Shown piece after piece: positions 26,134 to 36,594 of a DNA stretch of 64,000 nt. The translations under genes and the position numbers were made by a program. Each line of letters begins with the position of its first letter. Position 1 is the first letter of the stretch. The stretch is from Trueperaceae bacterium (GTDB taxonomy: Bacteria > Deinococcota > Deinococci > Deinococcales > Trueperaceae). Below the pieces are notes generated by a model that did no database searches, was not told where the DNA came from, and saw only the letters and a program-made list of their open reading frames with translations. The DNA lies in contig DASSXV010000005.1 in assembly GCA_035703635.1 (NCBI GenBank), forward strand, positions 1 to 64,000, in the 5' to 3' direction.

Positions 26134-26397
26134 GTGAAGGCACTACTGGTGATAAGCAATGGCAGAGGCATTATCGCGGAAGGCGACGACATGAATGCGT
26201 TGCACGCTGCCTACGACGCCTCGGTGACTAGTCACAAGGACGACCCTCATACTTCTGAGCCAAGGCACGAGCGGCCGGCATTCGCGGACCTCAAAGGCTG
26301 CCATGAGGAAGGCGCAACTGGTCACGCCTGCATCCTGAAGACCCAGGAACTACCGCATGCAGCGAAGGAGTACTACCGCGCTGGCTTCGTGGATTAG
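26134..26397 (+). CDS. Hypothetical protein
   Basis: 87-aa ORF converging on glmM; composition plausible. Confidence 0.5.
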   Translation: MKALLVISNGRGIIAEGDDMNALHAAYDASVTSHKDDPHTSEPRHERPAFADLKGCHEEGATGHACILKTQELPHAAKEYYRAGFVD

Positions 26398-26398
26398 C

Positions 26399-27790
26399 TC
26401 AGATCCCGGCAGCCGCTTCGACTGCCAGCGTGACCGTTTGGGCTAGACGCTCGACCATCTCTGCGTCGGCGCCTTCAACCATGACGCGCACGAGTGGCTC
26501 CGTGCCGCTCGGGCGCAGCAACACGCGCCCCGCGTCCTTGAGCTCGGCCCCCGCTGCGTGCACGGCTGCCACCACGCTAGGGTGCGCGGCCACCTCATCG
26601 CGCGCGCCCGGCGCGACCCGAACGTTCTTGAGCACCTGCGGGTAGACGGGGATGTCATCCATCCACGCCTCCAGGCTGCGGCCGGACTTGCGCACGGCGG
26701 CCAGCGTTAGCAGGGCCGTGAGCATGCCGTCGCCGGTTGGTGCCTTGTCGAGGAACAGGAGATGGCCGGACTGCTCCCCGCCGAGCGTGAGGCCCAAGCG
26801 CTTGAGCTCCTCAAACACGTAACGGTCACCTACCTTGGCGCGGTGCATCGTCGTGCCGTGAGCCCTCAAGTAGTTCTCTGCACCCAAGTTGCTCATCAAA
26901 GTCGCCACCAACGCGGTCTCGCCGCGCGACAGCGCAGTGATGGCAAGCATGTGATCGCCCGTCACCACGCGACCTTTCGCGTCGATGAGTAGCGCGCGGT
27001 CAGCGTCGCCATCGAAAGTAACGCCAACTTCGAACCCGCCCTCGATCACGTGCTTGGCCAGCGTTTCGGGGTGAGTCGAGCCGCAGTCAACGTTGATGTT
27101 CAGGCCGGTGGGTTCCGCGTTGAGGACCTCGAGCCGCGCGCCCAGCTTGGCGAACAGTTGAGGCGCGATGAGATGACTAGCGCCGTTGGCGCAATCGATG
27201 ACTACGCGCATGCCGTCGAGGTAAGGGGCGTTGTCCAAAAGGTGCTTGACGTAGCCGTTCAGAATGCTGGCGCCAGCGCCGTTGCCGCTGGCGTGACTGT
27301 CCCATGGCCTGGCCATCGTCACGCTTCCGATGCGCGCGCCCGTGATGTCCTCGAGTTCGTCGCCGCCGGGCTCACCCATGCGCTCCACTAGCGCCTCGAT
27401 CTCGGCCTCCACCTCGTCAGACAACTTCTCACCGTTGCGATCGAAGAGCTTGAGGCCGTTATCTGCGAACGGGTTGTGACTCGCCGAGACGACGAGGCCG
27501 GCGTCCGCGCCCATGGCACGCGTTAGGAACGAAACACCTGGCGTTGGGATCACGCCAAGCCACGTCACGTGCGCCCCGCGCGCGGTGAGGCCGGCCGCGG
27601 CTGCGTGCGCGAGCATCACGCCGGAACGCCGCGTGTCCATACCGATCAGCACGTGGGGCTGGCCTCCGCCAGTGGGGTGAACCGTCTCGGCCACCGCCAT
27701 GCCAAGCCGTAGCGCGAACGTCGCCGTCATCGGGTGCATGCCCGCCACGCCACGAACGCCATCAGTGCCGAAGTAACGCCTAATCGCCAT
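26399..27790 (-). CDS. glmM: Phosphoglucosamine mutase
   Basis: YFGTDGVRG, SASHNP, DGDADR, GGEQSGH, RPSGTEP. Confidence 0.97.
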   Translation of the reverse strand: MAIRRYFGTDGVRGVAGMHPMTATFALRLGMAVAETVHPTGGGQPHVLIGMDTRRSGVMLAHAAAAGLTARGAHVTWLGVIPTPGVSFLTRAMGADAGLVVSASHNPFADNGLKLFDRNGEKLSDEVEAEIEALVERMGEPGGDELEDITGARIGSVTMARPWDSHASGNGAGASILNGYVKHLLDNAPYLDGMRVVIDCANGASHLIAPQLFAKLGARLEVLNAEPTGLNINVDCGSTHPETLAKHVIEGGFEVGVTFDGDADRALLIDAKGRVVTGDHMLAITALSRGETALVATLMSNLGAENYLRAHGTTMHRAKVGDRYVFEELKRLGLTLGGEQSGHLLFLDKAPTGDGMLTALLTLAAVRKSGRSLEAWMDDIPVYPQVLKNVRVAPGARDEVAAHPSVVAAVHAAGAELKDAGRVLLRPSGTEPLVRVMVEGADAEMVERLAQTVTLAVEAAAGI

Positions 27791-27832
27791 GCGCGCCATG
27801 ATAACCGGGCGCTCGACAGTCTCAGTCGTTGG

Positions 27833-30448
27833 TCACTTCGCGTCCTGCCAGTTGCGGCCAAGGCCGACCGCGGCCTCGAGCGGCACCTTCAACTCGACGA
27901 CCTGCGCCATGATCCGGTGCACGAGCGGCGCCGCTTCGTCAGAGCGCGACTCCGGCACTTCCGCCACGATCTCGTCATGCACTTGCAGGAGCAGGCGTCC
28001 ACCAACCCCGGCAAGCGCCGGCGCCAGTTCCAGCATGGCTAGTTTCATGACGTCCGCCGCGCTGCCCTGGATGGGCATGTTGTAAGCCACGCGCTCGGCG
28101 GCCTCGCGCACGCTGCGGTTCGGGCTGAGCAGGTCTGGCACCGCGCGGCGCCGCCCCATGATCGTTTCGACGTACCCGGACTCCCGAGCAGCCGCGAGCG
28201 TGTCGTCGATGTAGGCGCGCACGCGCGGGTAGCGCAGGAAGTAGGTCTTGATGAAAGCGTCGGCGCGCTCGTAGCTGATCTCCAGCTCGCGGCTCAGGCG
28301 TTGGGCCGACATGCCGTACAGCACGCCGAAGTTGATGACCTTCGCGATGCGCCGCATGTCTGAGGTGACGGCGGAGGGCTCAACGCCATACACGCTGGCG
28401 GCTGTGCTGCGGTGGATGTCCTCGCCCGCCTTGAACGCCTTGATGAGGGCGGGTTCGTCCGCGATGTGCGCCAGCAACCTCAACTCGATCTGCGAGTAGT
28501 CTGCCACCAAGAGCAGCTGCCCCGGGGCGGCGATGAAAGCCCGCCTCACCTCCCGGCCGCGTTCCGTGCGCACCGGCACGTTCTGTAAGTTCGGGTTCAC
28601 GCTTGAGAGTCGCCCGGTAGCCACGACCGCCTGCTCGAAAGTCGTGTGAACCCGGCCGCCGGCATCCGCCAATGCGGGCAGCGGGTCTAGATAAGTGCCC
28701 TTGAGCTTGGCGATCTCGCGGTGCTCGAGCACCAAGTCGACCGCCTCATGCTGGCCGCGCAGCGGCTCGATGGCGCTGACCGACGTGCTCTGCTTGCCCG
28801 TTGCGGTTCGCTGCCCTGCGCGTAGCCCGAGTTTCTCGAAGAGGAGCCAAGCGACTTGATCGCGCGAGGCGACGTTGAACTCAGGGGTGCCGGCGATGTC
28901 CACCAAGCGGCTTTCGAGCGCTGCCATCTCGAGGCCAGCCTCGTCAGAGAGCTGCCGCAACAAGCCGACATCGAGCTGCACTCCAGCCACCTCCATGTCG
29001 GCAAGTACGGCCTGGAGGGGGCGTTCGATGCGTTCGTACACCTCGAGTTGCGAGCCGCTCAACCTGGAACTCATGAGGCGCAACAGTTCGGCCCCAACGA
29101 CGGCGTGGTCGCGGGCGGTCTCTCCCCACTCGCCCGCGCCAAGACGCCGGGCCAAAGCTTCCGGCGAGGCGCCGACGGAATCGAGCAAGTAGGCCATGAG
29201 GAGCGGGTCGTCGCCGGGCACGGCGCCGACGGCACCGTTCATGCGGGCGGCGACGACCAGCGCCTTGGCGTCGGGCGCGTTGACTGTGCCGCCGAGGTAC
29301 TTGGCAGCGTGGTGGCTGGCGCCGAGCGGGGGTGAGGAGGCAACCACGCCAGGGCTAGCCCCGCCGTCGCCACCTTGACCAACGGCGAGCGCCAGCTCGA
29401 CGACGAGGGCCGCGGTCGGCCGCACATCGCTGAGGCGGTACCCGTACGACCACGTGCCACCGGCGGCGGCCTTGGCCTGCACCTCGTCCCACTCCGCGTC
29501 GACGAAGGTCACCCGCTCCACCAGGCCCAGTTCGTGGAGCAAGCTGCCGAACTCGAGTTCGCGCAGGGCGGCCGTCAGCTCCTCGCGTTGCACTTCGCGC
29601 TCGCCCGCCGGCGTTGGCACGAGCTCAACGGGCGCGTCAGTGACGATGCGCGACAGCTCATGTGAGAGTTCGAGTTCGGCGCGCGACGCGCGGATGGCGG
29701 CCGCCTGCGGCTGACTGGGTAGGCCGTCGAGGTCGGCAAGTACGGCGTCGAGGCTGCCATAACGCTCGAGCAGCCCGCGAGCGGCGACAGGCCCGATGCC
29801 CTTTACACCTGGGATGTTGTCTGACGAGTCGCCAGTCAGGGCGCGGTAATCGACCCACTGTGCTGGCGTCACGCCGTACTTCGCCTTGACGGCGGCCGGG
29901 TCCATGCGCTGCTTGCCGTCCGGGCTTACGACCGTCACGCGCTCACTGACTAGCTGCAGTGCGTCCCGGTCGCTTGTCACGATCTCCACGTCCCAGCCGT
30001 CCGCGCTCTCGCGCGTGGCCAGTGAGCCGATCAGGTCATCCGCTTCGAGGCCAGGCTGCTCGACGCGCGTCACCCCCAGCAGGTCGACGATGCCCTTGAT
30101 GGCGTTCAGTTGCAGCGGGAAGTCTTCAGGGGTCGGCGCGCGTTGGGCTTTGTACTCCTCGAAGCGCTCTTTGCGGAACGTCCTGGCCGGGGCGTCGAAC
30201 GCGATGACCAGACTGTCGTCCGGCGCCAAGCCGTTGAGGAGTTCGAGAAGCGCCCGCACGAAACCGTAGATGGCGTTGGTCGGCATGCCGCTCGTGGTCG
30301 ACAGTTGCCGGATGGCGAAGTACGCGCGGTATGCCAGGCCGTGACCGTCGACCAGCACGAGCCGCCGGCCGCGCTTTACCGCAGGCGTCGGCTCGGGCAC
30401 CGCGCCGAACAGGTCGGCTTGGTGGTTGGTTGGCGGCTGCTTCGCCAC
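27833..30448 (-). CDS. polA: DNA polymerase I
   Basis: 5'-3' exonuclease (LVDGHGLAYR, EADD, GDSSDNIPGV); polymerase motifs DYSQIELR, AKVINFGVLYG, VHDE. Confidence 0.98.
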   Translation of the reverse strand: MAKQPPTNHQADLFGAVPEPTPAVKRGRRLVLVDGHGLAYRAYFAIRQLSTTSGMPTNAIYGFVRALLELLNGLAPDDSLVIAFDAPARTFRKERFEEYKAQRAPTPEDFPLQLNAIKGIVDLLGVTRVEQPGLEADDLIGSLATRESADGWDVEIVTSDRDALQLVSERVTVVSPDGKQRMDPAAVKAKYGVTPAQWVDYRALTGDSSDNIPGVKGIGPVAARGLLERYGSLDAVLADLDGLPSQPQAAAIRASRAELELSHELSRIVTDAPVELVPTPAGEREVQREELTAALRELEFGSLLHELGLVERVTFVDAEWDEVQAKAAAGGTWSYGYRLSDVRPTAALVVELALAVGQGGDGGASPGVVASSPPLGASHHAAKYLGGTVNAPDAKALVVAARMNGAVGAVPGDDPLLMAYLLDSVGASPEALARRLGAGEWGETARDHAVVGAELLRLMSSRLSGSQLEVYERIERPLQAVLADMEVAGVQLDVGLLRQLSDEAGLEMAALESRLVDIAGTPEFNVASRDQVAWLLFEKLGLRAGQRTATGKQSTSVSAIEPLRGQHEAVDLVLEHREIAKLKGTYLDPLPALADAGGRVHTTFEQAVVATGRLSSVNPNLQNVPVRTERGREVRRAFIAAPGQLLLVADYSQIELRLLAHIADEPALIKAFKAGEDIHRSTAASVYGVEPSAVTSDMRRIAKVINFGVLYGMSAQRLSRELEISYERADAFIKTYFLRYPRVRAYIDDTLAAARESGYVETIMGRRRAVPDLLSPNRSVREAAERVAYNMPIQGSAADVMKLAMLELAPALAGVGGRLLLQVHDEIVAEVPESRSDEAAPLVHRIMAQVVELKVPLEAAVGLGRNWQDAK

Positions 30449-30449
30449 G

Positions 30450-31199
30450 TCACACGTTCCAACCGCCGGCGACTTCCAGGGTCGTGCCGGTCACGTAATC
30501 GGCGGCTGGGCTAATGAAGTACCTCACGGCGCCGACGATCTCGTCGAGGCGCCCGACGCGGCCCATGGGCAACTCCTGCAGCGGGGACGAGATGCTGTTC
30601 TCGATGACGCCGGGGCTGACGACGTTGACCGTCACCCCGGAACTGGCCTCGGTGAGTGCGAGCGCCTTCGAGTAGAGGATGACGCCCGTTTTCGCGATGC
30701 CGTACGCCACGATGCCAGGCCGCGCCTTCACTAGTTCGGCCCCGGCGTACCCGATGTTCACGATGCGCCCGCCGCGCGGCGCCAGGCGCAGGTAGGGCAC
30801 GGCGCGCTGGCAGGTATAGAACGTCGAGTTGAGGCTGCTGTCGAGCATGGCGTGCCACACTTCGCTCGAGAGGTCGGCAAGTGGCCCGTGGTGGTAATCA
30901 CCAACGTTGTTGACCAGCACGTCGAGGCGCCCGAAAAGGGAGTAGGCGGCGTCGACCAGGCCGCGCGCCTGCGCCTCGACGGTGACGTCGGCAGCAACGG
31001 CAACCGCGTGCGCGCCGAGACCCGTTGCCGTCTCGACAACGGCCTCCGCCTCCGACTGGCTGCGGCGGTAGTGCACCATCACGTCGTAACCGTCGGCCGC
31101 CAACGCGAGGAGTATGGCCTTCCCTATGCCCTTGGCCGAGCCCGTCACCAGCGCGGCTGGCCGCTGGCCGAACGGCCCGGTGGTAGTCGGTGCGCTCAT
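30450..31199 (-). CDS. tmpR: SDR, dihydropteridine/dihydrofolate reductase TmpR-like
   Basis: ALVTGSAKGIG, LVNNVGDY, YGIAKTGVILYSKA, EVAGGWN. Confidence 0.75.
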   Translation of the reverse strand: MSAPTTTGPFGQRPAALVTGSAKGIGKAILLALAADGYDVMVHYRRSQSEAEAVVETATGLGAHAVAVAADVTVEAQARGLVDAAYSLFGRLDVLVNNVGDYHHGPLADLSSEVWHAMLDSSLNSTFYTCQRAVPYLRLAPRGGRIVNIGYAGAELVKARPGIVAYGIAKTGVILYSKALALTEASSGVTVNVVSPGVIENSISSPLQELPMGRVGRLDEIVGAVRYFISPAADYVTGTTLEVAGGWNV

Positions 31200-32008
31200 G
31201 CTGGCACCGCCGTTGACCGGTACCGCAGCACGCGGACGGCCTGAACGAGCAACAGGTAGGGCAGTTGGGCCCAAGCGATCATGACGTAAGCGTAAGGCAT
31301 GCCCAGCGCGAGGGCCACGCCCAGTAGCAGGTACTGGCTGCTTAACCCAAGGTTGACCAGTGCGCCGGTCGAGAACAGGTCGTCCCAGCGCTGGAGCTCG
31401 GCGGCACTTGCCGCGCTCGAAGGCTTGCCGGCGGCGGCGCGGAAGAGCCAAGCGTCGAGGGCGGCGTAGGCACGGTCTTGCGGTGCCAAGATCAGGCGGT
31501 AGGCGCCGCGCACGAGGGCGAGCGCCCACGGCCACGCGCCTGGCGGTGCGACCGATGGTGCGAGTGAACCGCGAGCCAGCTTGTAGCGCCGCTCCGCGTT
31601 GAAGTCGGCGGTTAGTACCAGGGTGACGATGACGAAGGCAACCACGGCGCCGCTCACCTGCCCGTGCCTCGCCAAGGCCGCGAACAGTGCGATGTTCACG
31701 AGTAGGTCGCAGACGGTATCGAAGTAGCGGCCGAACTCGCTGATGCGCTGCGTTGCGCGCGCAAGGCCGCCGTCAGCGTTGTCAAGCACCGTCTTCACTT
31801 GCAGCAGTACCGCCGCGACGATCCAAGCGGTCGGCTGCCAGGTGGCCACTAACGCAGCCGCCACGAAGCCGATGACGGTGTGCACGGCAACGACGTGCCA
31901 CGGCTCAACGCGCGTCCTCGCCAGAAGCGCAACCGTGGCGTTCGCGAGGGGCTGCACGACTAGCATCACTACCTCACGGCGTGGGCGCGGCTTGGCTGCT
32001 GGCGGCAT
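31196..32008 (-). CDS. CDP-alcohol phosphatidyltransferase family protein
   Basis: DNADGGLAR...GRYFDTVCD. Confidence 0.9.
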   Translation of the reverse strand: MPPAAKPRPRREVVMLVVQPLANATVALLARTRVEPWHVVAVHTVIGFVAAALVATWQPTAWIVAAVLLQVKTVLDNADGGLARATQRISEFGRYFDTVCDLLVNIALFAALARHGQVSGAVVAFVIVTLVLTADFNAERRYKLARGSLAPSVAPPGAWPWALALVRGAYRLILAPQDRAYAALDAWLFRAAAGKPSSAASAAELQRWDDLFSTGALVNLGLSSQYLLLGVALALGMPYAYVMIAWAQLPYLLLVQAVRVLRYRSTAVPA

Positions 32009-32097
32009 GCAACTAGGCTAGCAGGCGCGGCCAGGCGGTTATCATCTGCCATCTGCAGTCGTGCGCACCGCAATGCCTGGACGGGAGGCCTCCTAAG

Positions 32098-32289
32098 ATG
32101 GACGTCAACTTCAAGCTTGTCACCTCGAACAGCGTCGAGCACTTCGAACGCCGCCTCAACGAGTTCGTCGCTGGGCTGGACCGCAATGATGTCGTCGTGG
32201 ACGTCAAGTTCTCCACAGCTACTTATGGCGAGGGCGTCGAGTTCAGCGCCCTAGTGCAGTACCAGACGACTTCTGAGTGGCACGAGTAA
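32098..32289 (+). CDS. Small hypothetical protein
   Basis: GGGAGG RBS; host-like codon use. Confidence 0.7.
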   Translation: MDVNFKLVTSNSVEHFERRLNEFVAGLDRNDVVVDVKFSTATYGEGVEFSALVQYQTTSEWHE

Positions 32290-32389
32290 GGGTGAAGGGG
32301 GCCGGGCCTGCTGGGCGCAGCGCGGTCCCGATGCGTGAGGGTCGGGAACTTCATAAATCTCGCGCTTGGCGCGCTGGTAGACTTCGCTC

Positions 32390-33439
32390 GTGACGGCAAC
32401 ACTGGTGCTAGTCGTCGATGACGAAGCAGCCATGCTCAAGGTCAGTGAACTGACGTTGGTTTCGGCGGGTTACGCGGTCATAGCCTTCGACGACCCGCGC
32501 GAGGCACTCGCCGAGTTGCGGGACGGCCTCCGGCCGGACGTCGTCGTGTCCGACATCTCCATGCCGCCGATGGACGGTTTCGAGTTCTACGGCAACGTGC
32601 GGCAGATACCGGAGCTGCGCAGCGTTCCCTTCCTCTTCCTCACGGCCCTCGAGGACCGCGCTTCCATGCGCAAAGGCATGACCCTGGGCGCGGACGACTA
32701 CCTAACGAAGCCGGTGCAGAAAGACGAACTCCTGGAGGCAGTCAAGGTGAGGTTGTGGCGCCTGGCCGAGCTGCGCCGCCCACTGACTGGCGTCGTCGCG
32801 GCACACGGCTTCGGGCACCCGATGGTGCTGCGTGAGGGCGAACGCCTCGACTGGGACTCCCTCAAGGCGCTCGAACTGCTCTTCTACCTCCTCGAGCACC
32901 GTTCAGGCGTCACGACCTTCGAGGTCGCCGAGGCGCTGTGGCCGGGCAAGACGGAGTCGAAGGCGTCCAGCAGCTTTCACACCACGCTTTACCGCCTGCG
33001 CAAGGTCATGGGCGGCGAGCTAGTCGAGAGCGCGAACCGCCGTTACTACCTGCACGACAAGTTCCAGATCGACTACGACGTCGACTCGTACCGCAAGCTG
33101 GCGCGCAAGGCGCGCGAGAACGGCGAGCTGCGCGACTACATGGCGGCCATCCGCCTCTATTCCGGGCACTTCCTCGCCGGGTTCGACTCGACGTGGGTAG
33201 ACAACATCCGCCTCAACCTGCAGGCCTCGCACCTCTCACTGCTCGAGATGGCCGCCGCGGCCGCCGTCGCTGACGGCGACCTCCCGCAGGCGACCATGTT
33301 CTACCAGTTGATGACAGAGCACGAACCTTACAGCGAGACCGCGTGGGAGGGCCTTGCGGACACGTGGGAGGCGCGCGGCGAACGCGGTCGTGCAGCCGAG
33401 GCGCGGGAACGGTTCGAGAGATTCATGGATGAAGGCTGA
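32390..33439 (+). CDS. Response regulator with wHTH and BTAD (SARP-like) domains
   Basis: VVDDE, SDISMPPMDG, YLTKP; LWP..FHTTLYRLRK; EPYSE. Confidence 0.9.
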   Translation: MTATLVLVVDDEAAMLKVSELTLVSAGYAVIAFDDPREALAELRDGLRPDVVVSDISMPPMDGFEFYGNVRQIPELRSVPFLFLTALEDRASMRKGMTLGADDYLTKPVQKDELLEAVKVRLWRLAELRRPLTGVVAAHGFGHPMVLREGERLDWDSLKALELLFYLLEHRSGVTTFEVAEALWPGKTESKASSSFHTTLYRLRKVMGGELVESANRRYYLHDKFQIDYDVDSYRKLARKARENGELRDYMAAIRLYSGHFLAGFDSTWVDNIRLNLQASHLSLLEMAAAAAVADGDLPQATMFYQLMTEHEPYSETAWEGLADTWEARGERGRAAEARERFERFMDEG

Positions 33440-33507
33440 GCCAGCACCGGTCTGGTCGCGGTAAGCTGCCTCGCCGGTCGGCGTAGGCCACTAGCGAAGG
33501 AGTGTTC

Positions 33508-34314
33508 ATGTACAGCATCGACCTCACCGGTAAAACCGGCCTCGTCATGGGAGTAGCCAACCAGCGGTCTTTGGCGTGGGCCATCGCCCAGCCGCTCGCT
33601 CAGGCAGGCGCTCGCCTCGCGTTCAGCTACCAAGCTGAGCGGCTGAGGCCAGCTCTCGACAAGCTCACCGAGGACCTGAAAGACCCGCTGCTCCTCGAGT
33701 GCGACGTGGGTGACGACGCCGCACTCGACCGCATGTTCGCTGCGGTCGGCGAGGAGTTCGGCAAGCTCGACTACCTGGTGCACGCCCTCGCGTTCGCCCC
33801 CGCCAACACGTTCTCCAACCCGTTCGTCGAGACCTCGCGCCAGGACTGGCAGACCGCCATGGACGTCAGCGCCTACTCGCTCGTCGCCTCGACGAAGCGC
33901 GCCGCCGAACTGATGGGCCCCGGCGGCAGCGTCGTGACCTTGAGTTACTTGGCGGCCGAGCGCGTTGTGCCGCACTACAACATGATGGGCGTGGCGAAGG
34001 CGGCGCTAGAGGCTAGCGTCCGTTACCTCGGTTACGACCTAGGGCCGCGCGGCATCCGCGTGAACGCCATCAGCGCTGGCGCGGTGCGCACCATCGCGGC
34101 GCGCTCCATCGCAGGCTTCGGCGACCTCTACACGCAGGCAGGCGAGATGTCGATGCTCAAGCGCAACATCACGCACGAGGAAGTCGGCGGCCTCGGCCTG
34201 TCGCTCCTCGTCGAGCAGCTAGGCGGCGGCATCACGGGCGAGACGGTTTACGTTGACGCCGGTTTTCACGCCATCGGGTTGTTCGTGCCACCTAACCTGC
34301 AAGACCAGTACTGA
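33508..34314 (+). CDS. fabI: Enoyl-ACP reductase
   Basis: MGVANQRSLAWAIA, YNMMGVAKAALE, RVNAISAG. Confidence 0.95.
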   Translation: MYSIDLTGKTGLVMGVANQRSLAWAIAQPLAQAGARLAFSYQAERLRPALDKLTEDLKDPLLLECDVGDDAALDRMFAAVGEEFGKLDYLVHALAFAPANTFSNPFVETSRQDWQTAMDVSAYSLVASTKRAAELMGPGGSVVTLSYLAAERVVPHYNMMGVAKAALEASVRYLGYDLGPRGIRVNAISAGAVRTIAARSIAGFGDLYTQAGEMSMLKRNITHEEVGGLGLSLLVEQLGGGITGETVYVDAGFHAIGLFVPPNLQDQY

Positions 34315-34333
34315 AGCGCGAACCTTCCAAGAC

Positions 34334-34365
34334 GGCCCCGGGAGTTGTGAACTACCTCCGGGGCC
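34334..34365. terminator. Hairpin after fabI overlapping the trp promoter
   Basis: GGCCCCGG.AG/CTCCGGGGCC stem. Confidence 0.55.
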
Positions 34366-34382
34366 GGGCTATACTCGCGCCC

Positions 34383-34436
34383 ATGACGTTCCTCCACCGT
34401 TGGACAGGGGCCCTTGGCCGATGGCGGCGCTGCTAA
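34383..34436 (+). CDS. trpL: Candidate trp leader peptide MTFLHRWTGALGRWRRC
   Basis: Two Trp codons in 17 aa; TATACT 7 nt before the ATG; ends 80 nt upstream of trpE. Confidence 0.65.
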   Translation: MTFLHRWTGALGRWRRC

Positions 34437-34516
34437 CGCGCTCCTACAGCCCGCTGCGCCGCAAGTGCGCGGCCGCACGTTATTGACCCCCTAAGTCCAC
34501 GAACGGAGACCCCCGC

Positions 34517-35974
34517 ATGCAGCACGCCACCCGTACTGGCTCCACGCCTAGTTCGCCGCTTCGCCCTACTCGCCCAGTGTTCCGCGAGGTCCTGGCGGAC
34601 CTCGAGACGCCGCTAACCGTTTACCTCAAGCTCGCCGGTCACCCTTCCTTCCTCCTCGAGAGCGTCGAGCAGGGTGAGCGGGTGGCGCGTTACTCGTTCA
34701 TCGGCACGGGCCAGCGCATGCGCTTGGAAGCGCGGGGCTCCATGGTCACCCTCTCTAGACCGAGCGGCACGACCACCTTCGAGTCAAACGACCCGCTGCG
34801 TGTCCTGTGGGACGAGGTCGTGCGCGAAACGGAACCGGCTTCCGGCCTGCCTGCGTTCTGGTCAGGTGCGGTCGGGTACGCGGCGTACGACATCGTGCGC
34901 CAGTACGAGCGCCTCCCTGACAACAACCCGGACACTATCGGGGCGCCGGACCTGCTGTTCGTCGAACCCGAACTCGTCGTCGTGTTCGATCACCTCAAAC
35001 GCCGGCTGTTCATCACCGCAGCTGCGGTAGTCGGCGATGCAGCGGACACGGCCCGCGCGCAGTCCCTGGTCGACACGGCATACGACCGCCTGCGTGGGCC
35101 GCTGCCCGGGGTGCCAGGGGACCGCGCCGGGCGCCTGACCGAGTTCGAGGCCAGCGTCAGCCGCGAGGAGTACATGGCGGCCGTCGCGCGCGCCGTCGAG
35201 TACGTGCATGCGGGCGACGTGTTCCAGGTCGTCCCGAGCCTGCGCCTGTCGGCTGAGCTTGGCGCCCACCCGTTCGCCATCTACCGCGCACTGCGCACTG
35301 TCAACCCAAGCCCGTACCTCGGTTACCTGGACCTGGGAGGCGTGACCCTCGTCGCTAGTAGCCCTGAGAGCCTCGTCCGGTCCGACGGGTCGCGGGTCGA
35401 GACCCTGCCGATCGCCGGCACGAGGCCGCGCGGCGCCGACGCGCAAGAAGACGACAGGCTCGCAGAGGAACTCCTGACAGACGAGAAGGAGCGCGCCGAG
35501 CACGTCATGCTCGTCGACCTCGGCCGCAACGACCTTGGGCGCGTGAGCGCGGCCGGCAGCGTCAAGGTGACCGACCTCATGCGCGTGGAGCGCTACAGCC
35601 ACGTCATGCACATCGTCTCGCAGGTGGAGGGCGTCCTGCAGGCTGGGCGCACGCCGCTAGACGCCCTCTCGGCCACGCTGCCGATGGGCACGGCCTCGGG
35701 CGCCCCTAAAGTGCGCGCCATGGAGATCATCGACGAGCTCGAGACCGTTCGCCGTGGCCCCTACGCCGGCGCGTTCGGCTACCTAGCAGCTAGCGGCGCC
35801 ATGGACATGGCCCTCACCCTCAGGACGATCGTCGTCAAGGACGGCCGCCTTCACCTGCAAGCTGGCGCGGGCGTGGTCGCCGACTCCGACCCAGCGACGG
35901 AGTGGCAGGAGTGCATGAACAAGCTCGCCGCATTAAGGCGCGCGGTGGAGATGGCAACGGCGGGGCTCGCCTGA
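34517..35974 (+). CDS. trpE: Anthranilate synthase component I
   Basis: FLLESVE, SSPE, PIAGT, EHVMLVDLGRND, SGAPKVRAM. Confidence 0.96.
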   Translation: MQHATRTGSTPSSPLRPTRPVFREVLADLETPLTVYLKLAGHPSFLLESVEQGERVARYSFIGTGQRMRLEARGSMVTLSRPSGTTTFESNDPLRVLWDEVVRETEPASGLPAFWSGAVGYAAYDIVRQYERLPDNNPDTIGAPDLLFVEPELVVVFDHLKRRLFITAAAVVGDAADTARAQSLVDTAYDRLRGPLPGVPGDRAGRLTEFEASVSREEYMAAVARAVEYVHAGDVFQVVPSLRLSAELGAHPFAIYRALRTVNPSPYLGYLDLGGVTLVASSPESLVRSDGSRVETLPIAGTRPRGADAQEDDRLAEELLTDEKERAEHVMLVDLGRNDLGRVSAAGSVKVTDLMRVERYSHVMHIVSQVEGVLQAGRTPLDALSATLPMGTASGAPKVRAMEIIDELETVRRGPYAGAFGYLAASGAMDMALTLRTIVVKDGRLHLQAGAGVVADSDPATEWQECMNKLAALRRAVEMATAGLA

Positions 35975-36594
35975 TGCCGGCGCCACTCAAGCTGCTGGTG
36001 GTGGACAACTACGACTCGTTCACCTACAACCTCGTTCAGTACGCGCTCGAACTAGGTGCGGAGGTCGTGGTGTGGCGCAACGACGCCTTCGACCTGGAGG
36101 CCGTCGCGGAACTAGCTCCTGACGCCCTCTTGATCTCTCCAGGACCGTGCACGCCGGCGGAAGCCGGCATGTCGCTCGAGCTCGTGCGCAACCTAGGCTC
36201 CAGCTACCCGATGTTGGGCGTGTGCCTAGGCCACCAAGTGATAGGCGAGGCGTACGGCGGGCGCGTGGTGCGCGCCAAGCACCTCGTCCACGGCAAGACG
36301 GCGGTGATAGCCAACGACGGCACCGGCGTGTTCGCCGGCCTGCCAGATCACGTCACTGCCACGCGCTACCATTCGCTGGTGGTCGAGGACCTGCCGGACG
36401 CGTTGGTCGCCAACGCCTGGACGACCGAGGCCGACACGGGGGAGAAAGTCGTCATGGGCATGCGCCACCGTGATTACCCCGTGTGGGGCGTGCAGTTCCA
36501 CCCAGAGAGCATCCTCACGGAGCACGGTCACGACATGCTAGCCAACTTCCTGCGCTTCGTAATTGAGCGCAAGGCGGAGGCAAGCGGAGAGTGA
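35974..36594 (+). CDS. trpG: Anthranilate synthase component II
   Basis: DNYDSFTYNL, SPGP, GVCLGHQ, QFHPES; TGATG coupling. Confidence 0.95.
   Translation: MPAPLKLLVVDNYDSFTYNLVQYALELGAEVVVWRNDAFDLEAVAELAPDALLISPGPCTPAEAGMSLELVRNLGSSYPMLGVCLGHQVIGEAYGGRVVRAKHLVHGKTAVIANDGTGVFAGLPDHVTATRYHSLVVEDLPDALVANAWTTEADTGEKVVMGMRHRDYPVWGVQFHPESILTEHGHDMLANFLRFVIERKAEASGE

Noticed and set aside
27833-30448. Degenerate 3'-5' exonuclease region of PolA
   Set aside because: Normal for Taq-like Deinococcota polymerases.
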